Assembly (NCBI GenBank): GCA_002269645.1
Contig: NIVC01000303.1
Location: forward strand, 565,819 to 629,818
Length of the DNA stretch: 64,000 nt
Direction: 5' to 3'
DNA from: Macrostomum lignano
Taxonomy: Eukaryota
The position numbers were made by a program, and so were the translations under genes. The notes beneath the pieces are model-generated. The model made no database searches, had not been told where the DNA came from, and worked only from the letters and a program-made list of their open reading frames with translations. Shown here in pieces: positions 60,801 to 64,000 of the stretch. How positions within the stretch are numbered: the stretch's first letter is position 1; each line of letters begins with the position of its first letter.

Positions 60801-62151
60801 TAAGTAGGTAGGTGAGCAGGTAGGCAGGTATCAGCTAATTACTTGTATTTCCATTGTCTGTTTGCCTGTTCTGTTGAGACAGTTGAGTGTTGTGTTGTGT
60901 TGTCACTTCATTTGTGTTCTGTTCTGTTATCTTGTCTTGTTGTCTTACTGAATACTGACTGTGTACATGGCTCTTTACATTGAAGCTATGTAAAGGATCT
61001 AAAAATTCAAATAAAAGAATCAATCAATTGATTTGGTTCTTACTTCCTTACTGCTTCCTATGCCAAGTGCCTTATACTTAATGCTTCAGCTTTTCTTCTT
61101 TTGCTTACTGCCACTGCCAGTGCCAGCCGCACTGCCGCAGTGACTGCTTGCCTACCTCACTGCTTGTTAGTATCACTGTCACTGGCACACACACAGTACT
61201 TGTGCCACACACTCACACAGTGACATTGAATTTGAACTATTGAGTATATTGATATTTGAGTATTAAGTCTTTTAATGTAACTCTTATCTTATTCTGAAGT
61301 CTTAACTAATGTATTAAATAATAATAATATTTATTGTATATTTATTATATTTAAATTTAAATATTTATTATATTTAATATAATATATTATATTTATTATA
61401 TTTATATATTATTATATATTTAATATATTTATATATTATAATATATTTAATGTTTATCATATATTTATTATACATTTAATATATTATATTAAATTTAATA
61501 TATTGATATATTTATTATATATTTAATAGTAATCCGCATATGCTAAAAGTATTAAGATTTATTATGATTTTTTTCCAATTATTGAGCTGTCCTAAAGATC
61601 TTGTCCCGAATTCCCGAGGCCCGACCCGGGCCCGAGTCCTCATTCCCGGGCCCAACCCGGGCCCGACTTTGGCCGTCCCGGTCGCCCCCTAGCTCGCACA
61701 CACGCACTGCCTCAAGCACACCTGAGAGCTGGCCCGTCACCCTGCTACGAAACGAGTCGATGTGTTGCTGTACCAAATCGAATTTGTGATTGACCTCTTG
61801 CAGCTGCTGTTGGATGTCGAGAGCGAGACGACGCAGCGACTCAGCGTCTTTTCGGTGTCGCAGCAGCGCTGCATGGCCAGCTGCACCTGCTGCGCCTTGT
61901 GACTCTTGTGACTCTTGTGACTGTTGTGACTCTTGTGAGTCTTGTGACTCTTGTGAGTAGGCACGCAGCAGATCGTCGACCTCCTCCTTGAGTTTGAATA
62001 GATTGGCCACATCGACACTGAGGTGTTGACTGCACATGTGGCAGCGGGAGAATGGAGCCACACCGACTGCAGCTTGGTTGCAGATGATGCAGAGAGGAGT
62101 TGCGGGAGGCGCGTCCGAACTCGAGCTGTCGCTGGAGCTGCTGTGGCTCAT
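57885..62151 (-). pseudogene. B-box-like/coiled-coil/NHL gene copy 3, interrupted by a hAT-type element; reconstructed join(61692-62151,57885-59098) = 1674 nt, open
   Basis: Removing 59107-61691 and one TSD copy restores AVRVCERDLEDV as in copy 1 and gives 557 aa plus TAA with no other lesion. Confidence 0.88.
59107..61691. mobile_element. 2,585-bp non-autonomous hAT-type element
   Basis: 12-bp TIRs TAGGGGGCGACC and GGTCGCCCCCTA; perfect 8-bp TSD GCTCGCAC (59099-59106, 61692-61699); subterminal CCCGGGCCCGA repeats at both ends; no transposase. Confidence 0.93.
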
Positions 62152-62204
62152 TGTTGGATTGGCTGTGAGGAGTTGAAATGTAGATGAAGTCAAAACTCAA
62201 CGTA

Positions 62205-62370
62205 GGATGCAGTGTGGGGATGGGGTGCAGTGTGGGAATGGGGTGCAGTGTGGGAATGGGGTGCAGTGTGGGAATGGGTTGCTGCGTGGGAATGGGGTGC
62301 AGTGTGGGAATGGGGTGCAGTGTGGGAATGGGGTGCAGTGTGGGAATGGGGTGCAGTGTGGGAATGGGAT
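62205..62370. repeat. 18-bp minisatellite
   Basis: Unit GGGGTGCAGTGTGGGAAT. Confidence 0.93.
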
Positions 62371-62814
62371 GAAAAGAACCCGTGACACTGCAGGTGTCAG
62401 TAAATGCATATGATAGTCTATCAAACACTAAGACAGCTATAAGTATAAATAAAAAATATGTTTAAAAAGTAAAGCAAATGTTATTGCATGGCATGAAAAC
62501 TAAACTGTGGTAAATAATGAGCATATAAAAATGCTGTCATTAAATTCAGTATATTTTGCATGCAGCACATAGTTAATGAAAAGGCAAATCACAATTATCT
62601 ATTTTGAATTAGATAATCAGAATTATTCGACAGATAATTTTATAATATACAATAGTACACTCATAAATAACAGTACACTATTATTAGTACCCAGATTAAA
62701 AGTGCAATGCCAGCGGAATACTAAGTTTGTAGTAGCCGGTAAATGATGACTCATCAAAAAAGCAAAAAATTAATTAAAGCCTGTTCAAGAACTCATAATG
62801 CCCATAGCAGCACA

Positions 62815-63217
62815 CAGATACTCAGGCTACTCAGCCAAGCAACCACAGCAGCTCAGGCTACTCAGCCAAGCAACCACAGCAGCTCAGGCTACTCAGCCAA
62901 GCAACCACAGCAGCTCAGGCTACTCAGCCAAGCAACCACAGCAGCTCAGGCTACTCAGCCAAGCAACCACAGCAGCTCAGGCTACTCAGCCAAGCAACCA
63001 CAGCAGCTCAGGCTACTCAGCCAAGCAACCACAGCAGCTCAGGCTACTCAGCCAAGCAACCACAGCAGCTCAGGCTACTCAGCCAAGCAACCACAGCAGC
63101 TCAGGCTACTCAGCCAAGCAACCACAGCAGCTCAGGCTACTCAGCCAAGCAACCACAGCAGCTCAGGCTACTCAGCCAAGCAACCACAGCAGCTCAGGCT
63201 ACTCAGCCAAGCAACCA
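62815..63217. repeat. 31-bp minisatellite, ~13 copies, overlapping the apparent TSC2 stop codon
   Basis: Unit CAGCAGCTCAGGCTACTCAGCCAAGCAACCA; period 31. Confidence 0.97.
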
Positions 63218-63879
63218 ATCCCAGTCTCTCGATCAGCCAGACTCCAGACCCTCCTCAGCTGCAGCAGCCTCGCCAGATAGACGTTGCCACCAGGATTGGC
63301 GGCATCCCTGGGCGCACCGGTGGCAACCTGAGCTGCCAAGTCTGTCAGCAGAGCCAACTGCGAGGCAACCAGAGGCAGCGCGTTGTCGCTAACCAAGCAG
63401 AGCCGCCAGTCGCTGAACGAGTCTGCCAATCCCGGCACATCCTTGACAACCAATCGAACTCGATTGAGCCCGTTCGGCAGCGGCTGAATCACTAAATGGG
63501 AGAAGAGGCATTGCGTTGCTATGGACTCAACTCCATAGCGACTGCCAGCCTCTTGATAAATTACTGCGGTTAGATCGTTGCCAACCAAGCGCTTCTTCCG
63601 ATTGATGCCTTCCCGACCTCTGCCGCTCTCGGCCGGTCGCATCGCTGTCACGGCGTGGAAAACCGCGGACTTCAGACCCAGCCTCAGCTGCCACAGCCAC
63701 CTGCCGTCATCCTCGGCATCCCAGCCTCCGGTTCCAGCGCCATCATCGCGAAGTAGATCCCTCGGAGTTGCCAGGCGGCGAAGGAAGGCGGCGTAGCGAG
63801 GGGAACCGGCCTGGTTTGAGAAGAACTCAGACTCGGCTGACTGGTGCTGGTCGGCGTATACCAGGCCGATGGAGTGCAC
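63199..63879 (-). CDS. TSC2: Tuberin (TSC2)-like Rap/Rheb-GAP domain, apparent terminal exon; 5' exons beyond the right edge
   Basis: Acceptor GCAG|GTG CAC. HSIGLVY, SNQAGSPRYAAFL, VFHAVTAM, KKRLVGND, LVSDNALPLVASQLAL and YLARLLQLRRV align with the tuberin GAP domain and its downstream helix. RalGAP-alpha is the less likely alternative. Confidence 0.8.
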   Translation of the reverse strand: MHSIGLVYADQHQSAESEFFSNQAGSPRYAAFLRRLATPRDLLRDDGAGTGGWDAEDDGRWLWQLRLGLKSAVFHAVTAMRPAESGRGREGINRKKRLVGNDLTAVIYQEAGSRYGVESIATQCLFSHLVIQPLPNGLNRVRLVVKDVPGLADSFSDWRLCLVSDNALPLVASQLALLTDLAAQVATGAPRDAANPGGNVYLARLLQLRRVWSLADRETGIGCLAE

Positions 63880-64000
63880 CTGCGGGTGGGGAGGGTTGGG
63901 GACATTGCTGATGGCGGAGGAGGCTGGCTGATAGGGACAGACTGTGTGGCTGGATCATAAAAACTGGGTGTCTGGAGTGCTAAACTGGGTGTCCGGAGTG

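Noticed and set aside
61310-61530. AT-only tract as an origin or regulatory element
   Set aside because: Simple low-complexity filler inside the non-autonomous hAT element; nothing further supports a function.

Overview
Eukaryotic (invertebrate animal) genomic DNA. Four gene units can be reconstructed. (1) DDB1 on the minus strand, 10 coding exons from 39214 down to 789, last exon beyond the left edge. (2) A PHF12-like double-PHD gene on the plus strand, 44704-48114, first exon not found. (3) Three intronless B-box-like/coiled-coil/NHL-repeat paralogues: one frameshifted, one intact, one split by a hAT-type insertion. (4) The last visible exon of a tuberin (TSC2)-like RapGAP gene on the minus strand. 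Most DDB1 introns and most spacers carry their own private minisatellite, so the majority of long ORFs in the track are repeat artefacts. The standout structure is a 9,388-bp, almost entirely palindromic element (6904-16291) in DDB1 intron 5. It has a perfect 6-bp TSD (TATGAG), ACTACT...AGTAGT termini, about 4.6-kb near-identical arms, a bulged GC-rich central hairpin and no recognisable gene. By inference it resembles a snap-back/hairpin derivative of a Maverick/Polinton-like replicon. Other notable items are a hAT-type MITE carrying a 64-bp 28S rRNA-like fragment with the R2/I-PpoI target core replaced by a palindrome, two MITE copies that are flip/flop isomers, and patchy hypervariability among the NHL paralogues. 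All coordinates and alignments were read by eye; no database searches were run.
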